This document shows, piece by piece, positions 18,989 to 28,159 of a stretch of 64,000 nucleotides of DNA. A model generated the notes under the pieces. That model was not told the origin of the DNA, did not search any database, and saw only the letters and a list, made by a program, of their open reading frames with translations. The DNA is taken from NCBI GenBank assembly GCA_016187495.1, contig JACPJP010000012.1, positions 81,150 to 145,149 on the forward strand, written 5' to 3'. Positions within the stretch are counted from its first letter, which is position 1, and the number at the start of each line of letters is the position of its first letter. Source of the stretch: Candidatus Woesearchaeota archaeon (GTDB taxonomy: Archaea > Nanobdellota > Nanobdellia > Woesearchaeales > GW2011-AR4). The position numbers and the translations under genes are program-made.

Positions 18989-19313
18989 GGTAGAGAAGTA
19001 TAGGGCTATAGGAATTATTTTAATTGTGGCAATGACATTTTTCTACTTCATACTAGGTTTAGACGGAATGATGTCTGTTTTAGGCATTTTCTTATTGTTT
19101 ATTGCGCCAATATATTTCATATTGGGCAACTTCAGCTTAGAGGAGGACGAGAAGCTAGCCTATTCTTTCTTCATCGGAGTGGGAATATTCCCGTCATTGG
19201 CGTACTGGATGGGCTTATTCATCTCTTTTAAGATAGCTATATCAATATCTTTTATCATTATGGTCGTAATGGGCTTTTTAATAAGAGGTTATATGGGTAA
19301 AAAACATGCTTGA
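18978..19313 (+). CDS. Small 4-TM membrane protein (DUF1616-N-terminal-like), partner of the 537-aa protein
   Basis: 111 aa. Overlaps the upstream gene by 11 nt. LFIAPIYFILG..AYSFFIGVGIF parallels LFVVPGYFLML..IERTVAGIGIS of ORF 20161-20535. Confidence 0.6.
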   Translation: MKDEVEKYRAIGIILIVAMTFFYFILGLDGMMSVLGIFLLFIAPIYFILGNFSLEEDEKLAYSFFIGVGIFPSLAYWMGLFISFKIAISISFIIMVVMGFLIRGYMGKKHA

Positions 19314-20034
19314 GAATTACTTTAAATATTTGTATAATGATGTGGTTTCCGCATCCAGGGAAAAATTTATGCAGATGTTGGATGGTCCTGTAGATTCACT
19401 GCTTGACCTTGGGTGCTGGGATGGAGCAAATACAATAAGGTATGGAAAAAAAGCCCATGCAAAGAAACTTTTTGGGATAGAAATTGAAGAAACTAAAGCC
19501 AAAATTGCCTCTAATAAATGGATTAAAGTAAAACTTTCAAATCTAAATGACAGGTTTCCATTTAAGGATAATTCAATGGATGTTGTTGCAGCAAACCACG
19601 TTATAGAGCATCTGACGCAAACAGAGCTTTTTATAAGTGAGATTTATAGGGTGCTGAAAAAAAACGGATATGCGGTAATTGCTACACCTAACCTCGCAAG
19701 CTGGCATAATGTGTTTGCTTTAACTTTTGGCATACAGCCTTTTTCAGGACCGCATGTAAGGACTTCAAATCATGATATAAAATCCATTAGTGAAATGGAC
19801 GATTATAAGGTAAAGAATCTGCTGAAAAGCACGGAGAAAGGAAAAGATTACCTAAGGCATCTGGTTGTAATGACCTACAAGGAGCTTATAAAAAATCTTA
19901 GAAAAGCAGGCTTTGTCATCGAAAAAAGCTACGGCTTTGGGTATTATCCGCTACCTTCCTTATTGGCAAATTTGTTCGCAAAAATTGATATAAGGCATTC
20001 GCATTATGTTGTGGTTAGGGTAAGAAAGAGATGA
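19306..20034 (+). CDS. Class I SAM-dependent methyltransferase (Methyltransf_11-like)
   Basis: 242 aa. Motif I LLDLGCWDGANT; post-I and motif II VVAANHVIEHL; LKKNGYAVIATPN. Confidence 0.85.
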   Translation: MLENYFKYLYNDVVSASREKFMQMLDGPVDSLLDLGCWDGANTIRYGKKAHAKKLFGIEIEETKAKIASNKWIKVKLSNLNDRFPFKDNSMDVVAANHVIEHLTQTELFISEIYRVLKKNGYAVIATPNLASWHNVFALTFGIQPFSGPHVRTSNHDIKSISEMDDYKVKNLLKSTEKGKDYLRHLVVMTYKELIKNLRKAGFVIEKSYGFGYYPLPSLLANLFAKIDIRHSHYVVVRVRKR

Positions 20035-20160
20035 AGTTATAGTTTCTTGTTGGTGGCTCATAGAGCAACGAAATAGTATCTTCTTTGTGTTGGTGTTACA
20101 AATATTTAAATAAGATTCTGGCAGCGCGGGCATATCAAATCCCTGCCTCTCGTATCTTTC

Positions 20161-20535
20161 CTAATCCAATTTTTTTAAATTTATAATAACCCCCGCAAAT
20201 ATCATTATCAAAGGCAATACTATAGCATGAAATCTAAGATTTAATCCAGCCAAGCTGATGTAATAACTAAATATACCAATTATTGCAGCCGATATGCCAA
20301 TCCCGGCAACTGTCCTCTCAATAAAATCAAGGTTATTTTTCCAATAAAGCATTAGGAAATAGCCTGGGACTACAAACAACCAAAATATGGCAACTACGCT
20401 TCTAAGCAATACAATTGAATTTTCCCTGAAAAATGCGATTTTAAAAGCTGTTAAAGCCAATAAAAATAAAATCCCAAGATATTTGAGCTCTTTTATGTCA
20501 AAAATTTCCTTCTTCAATACAATCTCCTCCAACAT
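20161..20535 (-). CDS. Small 4-TM membrane protein (DUF1616-N-terminal-like), partner of the 553-aa protein
   Basis: 124 aa. Overlaps the upstream gene by 38 nt. The VVPGYFLMLYW..FIERTVAGIGISAAIIG pattern is present. Confidence 0.55.
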   Translation of the reverse strand: MLEEIVLKKEIFDIKELKYLGILFLLALTAFKIAFFRENSIVLLRSVVAIFWLFVVPGYFLMLYWKNNLDFIERTVAGIGISAAIIGIFSYYISLAGLNLRFHAIVLPLIMIFAGVIINLKKLD

Positions 20536-22159
20536 TATTGCTTTTCAATACCACGACTGCCTCATTTTCAAAAACAACTTCAGCGCCTTTTTTTAACATT
20601 TCATTTGCTATCAGCAGATTATACTGGGCCAGCACATTCTGTCTGGAAACTTTGTCAAATACATAATAATCAAAATTGCATATACTCTTTAACCCAAAAT
20701 TAAAGCCAGAAGGCAAATCCGGGCTTGTAAAATGGAAGAATGACGGCCTTTGATAAAATGAGCCTGCTGTATCCCCGGGGAACTCAGTTATATACTCTTT
20801 CTTTATCTTTCTTTCCTGCAAAGCTTTTACGAAATCTTCCGGATCAACCTGCTGGTGTATTCTTTTGGTGTTTCTTAAGACGGCATCCTGACTGTATATA
20901 TCGCCATAAAAAAAATACACAGTTGCATCCTTTGGAGTATTATCCCTGATCCAGGAAAGCGATTCCCAATGAAATGGGCTCATTAATCCAGGGCTTGTTT
21001 CCCTATTAAGATAAGGGATATAGGGTATTGTTTGTATGTCTGTTTGCATTAATGCCGGAAATTTTACTATTCCTGAAAACAGCACAAGCAAAATTATAAA
21101 TGAAGCTGAAGCATACATCAAATTCCATTTTTTTATGGCAAATTTGGACGTAGCATAAATGCCGAATCCCAGAAAAAATGACAAATATATCGGCCAGAAA
21201 AATCTCAGTTGGAATGACCTGACTTCAAAACCGATATAATTCATATAGCTTCCGATGAGCATTACAATGGGCGCAATAATAGCAACATGCAGTGCCTTTA
21301 TTTCAGATATGGAAAAAATAAGTCCAATTGCAATAGGAATAAGCAACAACCCGAAGCCCGCTATATAGAATCCGGGATTTCCATCCCATAACGGCTGCAC
21401 TGCAAAAACAAAGGGCTGCTTTACCGCCCATGTATTTATAAATATGACAAGGTAATAGAATGATATTATCAGGAATATCATCCCGGCTAAAGCCATGTTT
21501 ATAAATTCTCGCTTTGTTAATTTTTTGAATGCCAGCCTCAGGCCAAAGAATATTGCCATGAAAATTATTGCAAAAATTGTTTCTGAGGTGTGGGTGAGCG
21601 CTGTTGCAGATATGGCTATAGCTATTAATATAAATGAATGCTTTATTTCCCTTCTAAGTATGGACCAAAAGACCAGAACTACGAATGACTGGGATAGGAC
21701 GGAAGGCCAGTGCCCCCACAAGAATCCTGTTGATGCAGGGAATGAGAAGATAAGGATTGAGAGGGGCAGCGACAAGATAGCAACAGTTTTGTTAAATTCC
21801 TTGATAACAAAATACATGATAAGCGCTGCAATTACAGCAAAAAATACAACAACGAAATAGATGGCATCATAAATTTCGAGGCCTGAAGAGTAGGAGAGCA
21901 TGATTGCCAACTGGTACATCACTGGAGGATAGATTATGACAAAATCCTTAAATCCTTTCACAATGTAAGGGGCCTCAAACCTGTTTCCGATGTCCTTAAT
22001 GGCTTCTGTCCTTACCTGGTGCTGGAATGCATCTGAAGCCCCATAAGCAAAAGGAAAATCGTGCTTTATCTTGTGGTCAAACAGTATTCCAGGACCTAAA
22101 TAAAGCATCACTATAAAGAAAGTAAGCAGCAGTATTTTTTCTATTCCTATTTTTGCCAT
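20498..22159 (-). CDS. Uncharacterised polytopic membrane protein, GT-C-like (paralogue of 17375-18988)
   Basis: 553 aa. Same architecture and conserved blocks as 17375-18988 (see that entry). Confidence 0.7.
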   Translation of the reverse strand: MAKIGIEKILLLTFFIVMLYLGPGILFDHKIKHDFPFAYGASDAFQHQVRTEAIKDIGNRFEAPYIVKGFKDFVIIYPPVMYQLAIMLSYSSGLEIYDAIYFVVVFFAVIAALIMYFVIKEFNKTVAILSLPLSILIFSFPASTGFLWGHWPSVLSQSFVVLVFWSILRREIKHSFILIAIAISATALTHTSETIFAIIFMAIFFGLRLAFKKLTKREFINMALAGMIFLIISFYYLVIFINTWAVKQPFVFAVQPLWDGNPGFYIAGFGLLLIPIAIGLIFSISEIKALHVAIIAPIVMLIGSYMNYIGFEVRSFQLRFFWPIYLSFFLGFGIYATSKFAIKKWNLMYASASFIILLVLFSGIVKFPALMQTDIQTIPYIPYLNRETSPGLMSPFHWESLSWIRDNTPKDATVYFFYGDIYSQDAVLRNTKRIHQQVDPEDFVKALQERKIKKEYITEFPGDTAGSFYQRPSFFHFTSPDLPSGFNFGLKSICNFDYYVFDKVSRQNVLAQYNLLIANEMLKKGAEVVFENEAVVVLKSNNVGGDCIEEGNF

Positions 22160-22482
22160 TTTTTAAAGTGTTATCGTGGATTATTTATAAATATGTTTTT
22201 CTGGCTTCTTGGATTTCTTTCTGTTTAAAGCCCAATTCAGAAAAAAATAGCGTTGCCCATATAAATACTATCTCTCCTATTGCTTCTGCTGTTACCATTT
22301 TCCTTCACTCCTGTTTTTATATATCCCGCCCTTTCTCATTCTTCAACTCTATAGATCTTTTTTCCATTGCTTCCCCGTCTTCCTGGGCAATTTCCTTCTG
22401 CTCAGAAATTTTTTCTGATTTAGACTCTTCTGATACAAGCTTTGCTGTAATAGCTTCCAGTCGCTTGGTTTTGTTTTCATTA

Positions 22483-24750
22483 TTATCGCCTTTTTATTTT
22501 TGAATAAACAATATAAGCTAAGTATGCAATCAGTATTAAGATAGTTATTGATGTAATCATTTTTCCCGTTCTGAAGGATGAAGGATTATACTCAAATGCC
22601 AATTCCCCCCTTTCGCCCTCCAGGTAAACCGCACTTACAACAATGTTTGCTTTATAAATCTTTAATTCTTTTCCGTTTAATGTGGCTTTCCATCCTGGAA
22701 AATGTGAGAATTTCTCACTCAACACTAACCACCCTCTTTCTCCATTGAGATTAATGTAAAATTCATTTACAGATTTTTGCCTTAATTCCAGCTCTTTTTT
22801 GGAAGTTTTAGGCCCAGCCAGATTATCAAATAGATTGTTAATATCCTCTTGAGCAATAGTGTTTTTGCCTTCGAGAATGTTAGGAAGTAAGTTTCCACCA
22901 TTATTCGCATATTGCTGCAAAGATGAAATATCATTTTGCGCAACAGAATTGCTGAGCAGTATCAGGGCATTGAATTTTTTCAGCTCCTCGATTTTATAAT
23001 CAGCTACAGAGCTTTTGTCCCGTATTAATACAGATGATAACGGGTTTAGGTTGTTTATTATCATGCTGTAGGATAATTCCATTGCATTCTTGCCGTTCCC
23101 TAAAAGCAGGATAGCATTATCAACAACTAAAGCCCTTGGAACCACATTCCTATTTTCATAGAGATAAGGCCCGTATGCTTCCACTATTTTGCATTCATCA
23201 CATTTCTCAAAAGTGCCTTTTAGCGTTAAGCCGGAATCGTCCAGCTTCCTGTCAGAGATTATGTACTTGCCATTTAAGATTCCATACATTTTTGATGGCG
23301 ATGCCTGCTGTGCAACTGCAAGGTATTGCACATAATCATTTACCCAAATACCGCCTCCGCCTTTTATTTCGGGAATGCCGAGCTGACTATAATAATTATA
23401 GCCAGATGCTCCTATTGGGGTTGAGAGCGCATAGGTCGCTACCCTAAAATCGCTTTTGTCCTTGCTCACTTCGTTGAGTATTGGTATGCTAAGCGGTCTT
23501 GTAACTTCTGCAGAAACGGGAAATTCCTGCAGCAATACCAGTTCAACAGTCAAAACCAATACAATAGCTGAAAAAACGAGCCATTCCCTAAAATTTTTAT
23601 TGTACTTTCTTAGGATGTTTACTAAATTATTGAAGCCATAAGCAACAATTATCGGAGCTATAAAAACAAACATTACCAAAGCCCGCTCAATATGCCTCAT
23701 CTGCCCAAATCCAGGAAGATGGTAGAGTAAGTTAGCGGCAAAAGTTCCTGCCGCTAATAGTATAGACAAAATAATTATTGATAAACAGAATATAACCATT
23801 CTTTTTCTGAGGCTTAACAACCCAAATAATAAAAGTATGAAAGGAGCTATTCCTATGGCTCCTGAGAAACTAATATCACTTGAGGCGTTAATCAATGAGC
23901 TCCATAAGTTAGCCAGGAGTATTGGCTCACCAAGAAATTCCTGATAATTAACACCAGCGGCCCTACTAGACATTTGTGTAAACTCAAGGACAGGCAATAG
24001 CTTTAGCGCGGACAATCCAAATAATAGGAATATTATAACCGCAGAGACAATTATTGCCCTCAAAAGCCTTTTCTTGAAATTTTTTCCGATTAAACTCCAT
24101 GCTATGTAAAGCCCGGTTATAAGCCAAGTATAGAGGAAGAAAACTACTCCTCCGGCATAAACCATCATCGAAAAGAAAAATGCAGCAATAGTAGAATTCA
24201 GTAACCATTTCCCGCTGTTCAGAGCTTTATAAGCGAACAAAAAAACAAAAGGCATCAAAGCATAGCTCTCCAATATGTTAAGATGCCCGTTTAATATAAA
24301 TGTGTGCATTAATCCGTTGAACATGAATATTATAGAGGCAATAAAAGAGGCATTCTTTTTCTTGACAATCTCGTACGCGAGAAAATACATTCCCAATCCA
24401 GCGAGAAAAAAATAGCTTATCACAGCCAGATTCATTGAAAGGAAAATGTTTCTAAACAAAAGTATGTAAAGAAAATTTAGATCAAACAGATAATGCTCAG
24501 GTATAGCAATAAATGGCTGTCCTGCATAGAAATAGGGGGTCCATAATGGAAATCCGTTAGATTCAAAAAGGAATTTCCTTATGTTCTCAGACTGGAAAGT
24601 CATGTCATTTACGTAATGTATATTGCCTAGGGTCTTTGAAGAGCTTAAGATTGAGGAAAAAAATGCCAAACTCAGCAGAAGCAGTATAAAAATATAAAAA
24701 TGAGATTTTGCAAAACTTTTTAGCTTATAGGTAATCAATTCCTTTTTCAT
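22483..24750 (-). CDS. YfhO-like polytopic GT-C glycosyltransferase
   Basis: 755 aa. N-terminal D..Q...-PLW-P..Y.G.P pattern (VNDMTFQSENIRKFLFESNGFPLWTPYFYAGQPF). About 13 TM helices, a large extracytoplasmic domain and one final C-terminal TM, as in YfhO-family proteins. Confidence 0.6.
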   Translation of the reverse strand: MKKELITYKLKSFAKSHFYIFILLLLSLAFFSSILSSSKTLGNIHYVNDMTFQSENIRKFLFESNGFPLWTPYFYAGQPFIAIPEHYLFDLNFLYILLFRNIFLSMNLAVISYFFLAGLGMYFLAYEIVKKKNASFIASIIFMFNGLMHTFILNGHLNILESYALMPFVFLFAYKALNSGKWLLNSTIAAFFFSMMVYAGGVVFFLYTWLITGLYIAWSLIGKNFKKRLLRAIIVSAVIIFLLFGLSALKLLPVLEFTQMSSRAAGVNYQEFLGEPILLANLWSSLINASSDISFSGAIGIAPFILLLFGLLSLRKRMVIFCLSIIILSILLAAGTFAANLLYHLPGFGQMRHIERALVMFVFIAPIIVAYGFNNLVNILRKYNKNFREWLVFSAIVLVLTVELVLLQEFPVSAEVTRPLSIPILNEVSKDKSDFRVATYALSTPIGASGYNYYSQLGIPEIKGGGGIWVNDYVQYLAVAQQASPSKMYGILNGKYIISDRKLDDSGLTLKGTFEKCDECKIVEAYGPYLYENRNVVPRALVVDNAILLLGNGKNAMELSYSMIINNLNPLSSVLIRDKSSVADYKIEELKKFNALILLSNSVAQNDISSLQQYANNGGNLLPNILEGKNTIAQEDINNLFDNLAGPKTSKKELELRQKSVNEFYINLNGERGWLVLSEKFSHFPGWKATLNGKELKIYKANIVVSAVYLEGERGELAFEYNPSSFRTGKMITSITILILIAYLAYIVYSKIKRR

Positions 24751-26179
24751 CGTCTCTCCATAATTTTAGCGTGTCATGGGCCCACTTGAAAGGCTTGTCA
24801 TTGCTTTCCATTAGCCCAGCAACTATGGAAATAAACTTTTTCCCTACATTGCTTCCATACAGCTTTTTTGAGGACTCCATGCGTTTCCTCAAGCTTTCAT
24901 TATCGGAAATGTGGTTTATCATCTTTACGAGCATGTCCTTGCTTGCAGGAGGGACAAGAATATTGCTTTTTGCGTCAAAAACCGTTTCAGGCCTGTCTGT
25001 TGTCAAGCGGCATGTCATGCATGCTTTTCCTATAAGATTAAGCTCTTCCTGCACGCCGCCAGAGTCTGTTAATGCAGCAATGCATTTGTCAGATTCGAAG
25101 AATTCCATTACATGTCCATATTCCGGCCAAACTGTTGTGTATAAAAAATTCTTTTCGCTTTTTAGCTTTTCAACTTCTTTTCTTAAACCATAAAAATCAA
25201 GGGCCATCCTAGTAGCGCTCATCTCAATAAAATTTATGTTGCGGCCATTCCTTACAAGATCCTTTATGGCGCCTATTATTGATCTGAACCTTCTTGGCGT
25301 TAAGTTCTCTCTCCTGTGAATATCAACCCTTATCCAATCTCCATTTTCAAGATTAGGGTACATATCAAATATGCTGGTTTCAGGTTTTGTTTTCCTCTTG
25401 AGTTCAAGCGCATCTACAACAACGCCTCCAATGACCCATATGTTTTCGTCTGGGTAGCCTTCCCTTAGAAGATGCTCCTTGTTAAGCTCTACAGGGGCAA
25501 AATGGTATTGGGAACCGGCTGCAGATGTGTAAGTGTCCCATTGCTCCGGAAACGGCTCATTGCGCATAAGCATCCATTTGCCATTAAACTGCTGCTCGAT
25601 AAACTCCTCAACACTTACTTTATCGTACCTTTTCATTACTTCGGGAGTCATGCTCCTTAATCCAGCTTCATTTTGGATGGCTTTTTCGTTCCTTGAAAAC
25701 ATCCATGCTGCCGGAACAATGCTTGTCATTATCGTGTCCCCTAAAACAACAGGAATGACTGTAACGCTAGGCCATGTTTTCTTGAGGTACCTTGCAATCC
25801 ACGACATCTTTATCATCAGCTCAGCGGATTTCTGGGCTAAGTCCCCCCTGATAGACAAGTTAGAGGCAATTTTGCCCTGGAAATCAAATTCCCTTATCCC
25901 ATGTGTAAGGATGTCATCATAATGCTGGTTTGAATTAATTACAATGTAAGGTATTTTAGCTTTGTCAGCAGCCACTATGCTTCCGTAGAATTTATAGAAG
26001 CAGGGTTTTGTCCCTATAACGAAGGCCAAAACCCATTTATGCTCTTTTTTTGCATGATCCATCACCCCCTTTATTAGGGGCTTATTTAGCGTTAACGGAA
26101 GAATATCCGGCATGAATTGCCCTGATTCTGTAACTGTTTCTGCGCCAAACATCGACTCGTAAGCGTCTTTCATTGCCAT
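24725..26179 (-). CDS. UDP-N-acetylglucosamine 2-epimerase (WecB/Epimerase_2)-family protein, long form
   Basis: 484 aa. Hallmarks VDIHRRENL and TDSGGVQEE. N-terminal extension relative to the usual ~370-aa enzymes. Confidence 0.7.
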   Translation of the reverse strand: MAMKDAYESMFGAETVTESGQFMPDILPLTLNKPLIKGVMDHAKKEHKWVLAFVIGTKPCFYKFYGSIVAADKAKIPYIVINSNQHYDDILTHGIREFDFQGKIASNLSIRGDLAQKSAELMIKMSWIARYLKKTWPSVTVIPVVLGDTIMTSIVPAAWMFSRNEKAIQNEAGLRSMTPEVMKRYDKVSVEEFIEQQFNGKWMLMRNEPFPEQWDTYTSAAGSQYHFAPVELNKEHLLREGYPDENIWVIGGVVVDALELKRKTKPETSIFDMYPNLENGDWIRVDIHRRENLTPRRFRSIIGAIKDLVRNGRNINFIEMSATRMALDFYGLRKEVEKLKSEKNFLYTTVWPEYGHVMEFFESDKCIAALTDSGGVQEELNLIGKACMTCRLTTDRPETVFDAKSNILVPPASKDMLVKMINHISDNESLRKRMESSKKLYGSNVGKKFISIVAGLMESNDKPFKWAHDTLKLWRDDEKGIDYL

Positions 26180-26185
26180 TTTGCC

Positions 26186-26743
26186 TTATACCTTATCCAC
26201 AACAAACATAATGTGCTCTACACCAGGGTAAAACCATTGTTTTTCCACCCCTCTTTTAATCTTTATTATTTTTAGATTCAATTTTTTGAATTCTTTGATC
26301 CACTGGCTTATACTTCTGAAGTTTAACGGTGTATCAACACCATGTAGTCTGTTAAACAGAATATCCAGCGGTTTTGTCAATAAGCTGTCTGCATTGTCCT
26401 CGAATATTATACCCCTTTTTTTTGATACCCTTATGCATTCTTTTAATAACCCTGTGGGATCGTCTGCATGGTGCAACACATAGCATACAAGCACTGTATC
26501 AAATGAGCCTGCTTTGAATGGTATCCTTTTGCCGTCATATATTTTTAGAGGCAGGTCTGTAAGGTTATGGTCCTTAACATCAAGGCATTGTACATTTTTT
26601 CCGTATTTCGAAATTTCCTTTGCTATGTAGCCTCTTCCGGAACCGACATCCAAAACACCGCCAATAATGTATTTACCGCATTCTTCATAGATTTTTTTGG
26701 CTTTGTTTGTGCATAATTCCTTGTAGATTTTGCTTATCATCAT
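26186..26743 (-). CDS. Class I SAM-dependent methyltransferase
   Basis: 185 aa. Motif I VLDVGSGRGYIA; VLVCYVLHH. Confidence 0.8.
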   Translation of the reverse strand: MMISKIYKELCTNKAKKIYEECGKYIIGGVLDVGSGRGYIAKEISKYGKNVQCLDVKDHNLTDLPLKIYDGKRIPFKAGSFDTVLVCYVLHHADDPTGLLKECIRVSKKRGIIFEDNADSLLTKPLDILFNRLHGVDTPLNFRSISQWIKEFKKLNLKIIKIKRGVEKQWFYPGVEHIMFVVDKV

Positions 26744-27471
26744 AACCCGTATTTTCCCAACAATTGGTTTAACTTTATCTCAAAAAGCTCCTTTAGCGTT
26801 GCAAAATGGCTTTGCCACGTGACTTTAGTTCCTTCGCAATAGGTCCAGTTTACAGGCATCTCCTTTATCTTATAGCCGTTTTTTTGCGCCAGGAATAATA
26901 CTTCAAAATCAAACCCAAAGCCTCTTATCCTTGATAATGAAAAAAGCTTCCTTGCAATATATCCATTGAATAGCTTAAAGCCGCATTGCGTATCCTTTAT
27001 CTTTCTGATTAATAGCAATCTCAGCAGGACATTTCCCAAGTTTCCTAGTATAACTCTGGACACTAGCTTTTTCTTGACAACAGAATCCTTATGTTCCCTG
27101 GAACCTATAATTATATCATAGCCATTAATTTGCGGCATAAAATTGTCAAGCTCGGTTATTGGAGTTGAGGTATCTGCATCTGCAAACAAAACAAGACTTC
27201 CTTTTGAAGCCAAAACCCCTTTCTTGATTGCATATCCTTTGCCCTGTTTTTTAGGGTTATATACATATCTAATATTTTTGTATCTTTTTGAATAATCTTT
27301 GACCACTTCTAATGTCCTGTCTCTGCTTTTGTCAGCCACGATAATTATTTCATTCTTTAATTTTCTTTTTTTAAGATAGATTAGCATCCTATTTAGCGCT
27401 TCCGGCAGCCTTTTTTCCTCATTATAAGCGGGGATAATTATAGATATCATCTTAAATTTATAGTGAAGCAA
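26740..27471 (-). CDS. Family-2 glycosyltransferase (dolichyl-phosphate glucosyl/hexosyl synthase, ALG5/GtrB-like)
   Basis: 243 aa. ISIIIPAYNEEKRL..FADADTSTP. 4-nt overlap with the downstream MTase gene. Confidence 0.85.
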   Translation of the reverse strand: MLHYKFKMISIIIPAYNEEKRLPEALNRMLIYLKKRKLKNEIIIVADKSRDRTLEVVKDYSKRYKNIRYVYNPKKQGKGYAIKKGVLASKGSLVLFADADTSTPITELDNFMPQINGYDIIIGSREHKDSVVKKKLVSRVILGNLGNVLLRLLLIRKIKDTQCGFKLFNGYIARKLFSLSRIRGFGFDFEVLFLAQKNGYKIKEMPVNWTYCEGTKVTWQSHFATLKELFEIKLNQLLGKYGL

Positions 27472-27541
27472 TTAGTCGGGGCTTTTAATTCTTTCCCTAA
27501 TACTATTAATGTTATGAAACAAAAAATCTTTAAAATATGCC

Positions 27542-28159
27542 ATGTTGCTTGTGCTTATGAGCAGCAAATTAAGGATTGAGTACAATAAGAATGCATGCAT
27601 AGGAAATGGCAGATGCGCAGCAATAGCTCCGGACCATTTTGAGCTGAAAGGCAAGAAAGCAAAATTACTAGACTCAGGAATAAATGACGGGCTCTATAGC
27701 AAGGAAGTAAAATGCGGAGAGACTGCTGCAAAAGGCATTATCGATGCTGGAATAGCATGCCCTGTCAACGCAATCAGAATTTTTGATTTGGATAAAAATG
27801 AAGACATTGCAGGCTTTAAGGTTGAAGGCAAGGGGGCTAAGGAGATAATCGCCCTTTATGATGACAAAAAGGAATTTGTAATTGATGGCAAGAACTATTT
27901 TTTAATAAGGTTGGACAGGGAAAACAAAAATATAGAAGTTGGATTCTGCAAAGATAAAAATAAGATTGCATTAAAGGTCGTAGGGAAAAAGCCAGTGGAC
28001 ATATACCAGACAATGATAAATAAGGAAAAGCTTCCGATACGGAAAGATCATGCAGCATATCTTGGCAGGGAGCTGCAGAAAGCTTATATTGCCTTAAAAA
28101 ACAATCTTGAGTACGTGCAGGACGATGAATTGGATTTGAATAAGAAACCTAATCAGTAA
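27542..28159 (+). CDS. Ferredoxin-like domain fused to a DUF4346-like domain
   Basis: 205 aa. EYNKNACIGNGRCAAIAPDHFEL matches the single-cluster ferredoxin pattern. C-terminal ..HAAYLGRELQKAYIALKNNLEYVQDDELD resembles DUF4346. The likely start is the Met at 27557. Confidence 0.55.
   Translation: MLLVLMSSKLRIEYNKNACIGNGRCAAIAPDHFELKGKKAKLLDSGINDGLYSKEVKCGETAAKGIIDAGIACPVNAIRIFDLDKNEDIAGFKVEGKGAKEIIALYDDKKEFVIDGKNYFLIRLDRENKNIEVGFCKDKNKIALKVVGKKPVDIYQTMINKEKLPIRKDHAAYLGRELQKAYIALKNNLEYVQDDELDLNKKPNQ

Noticed and set aside
20110-20160. The GC-rich hairpin-like segment GGCAGCGCGGGCATATCAAATCCCTGCC, considered as a tRNA or split-tRNA half.
   Set aside because: No acceptor/D/anticodon/T-arm cloverleaf could be built and there is no TTCRAAT-type T-loop. 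It is more likely a stem at the convergent gene ends.
22153-22503. A 116-aa + strand track ORF.
   Set aside because: The Ser/Phe-rich low-complexity sequence is typical of the antisense of a Glu/Lys-rich frame. It spans a start-to-stop junction of minus-strand genes.
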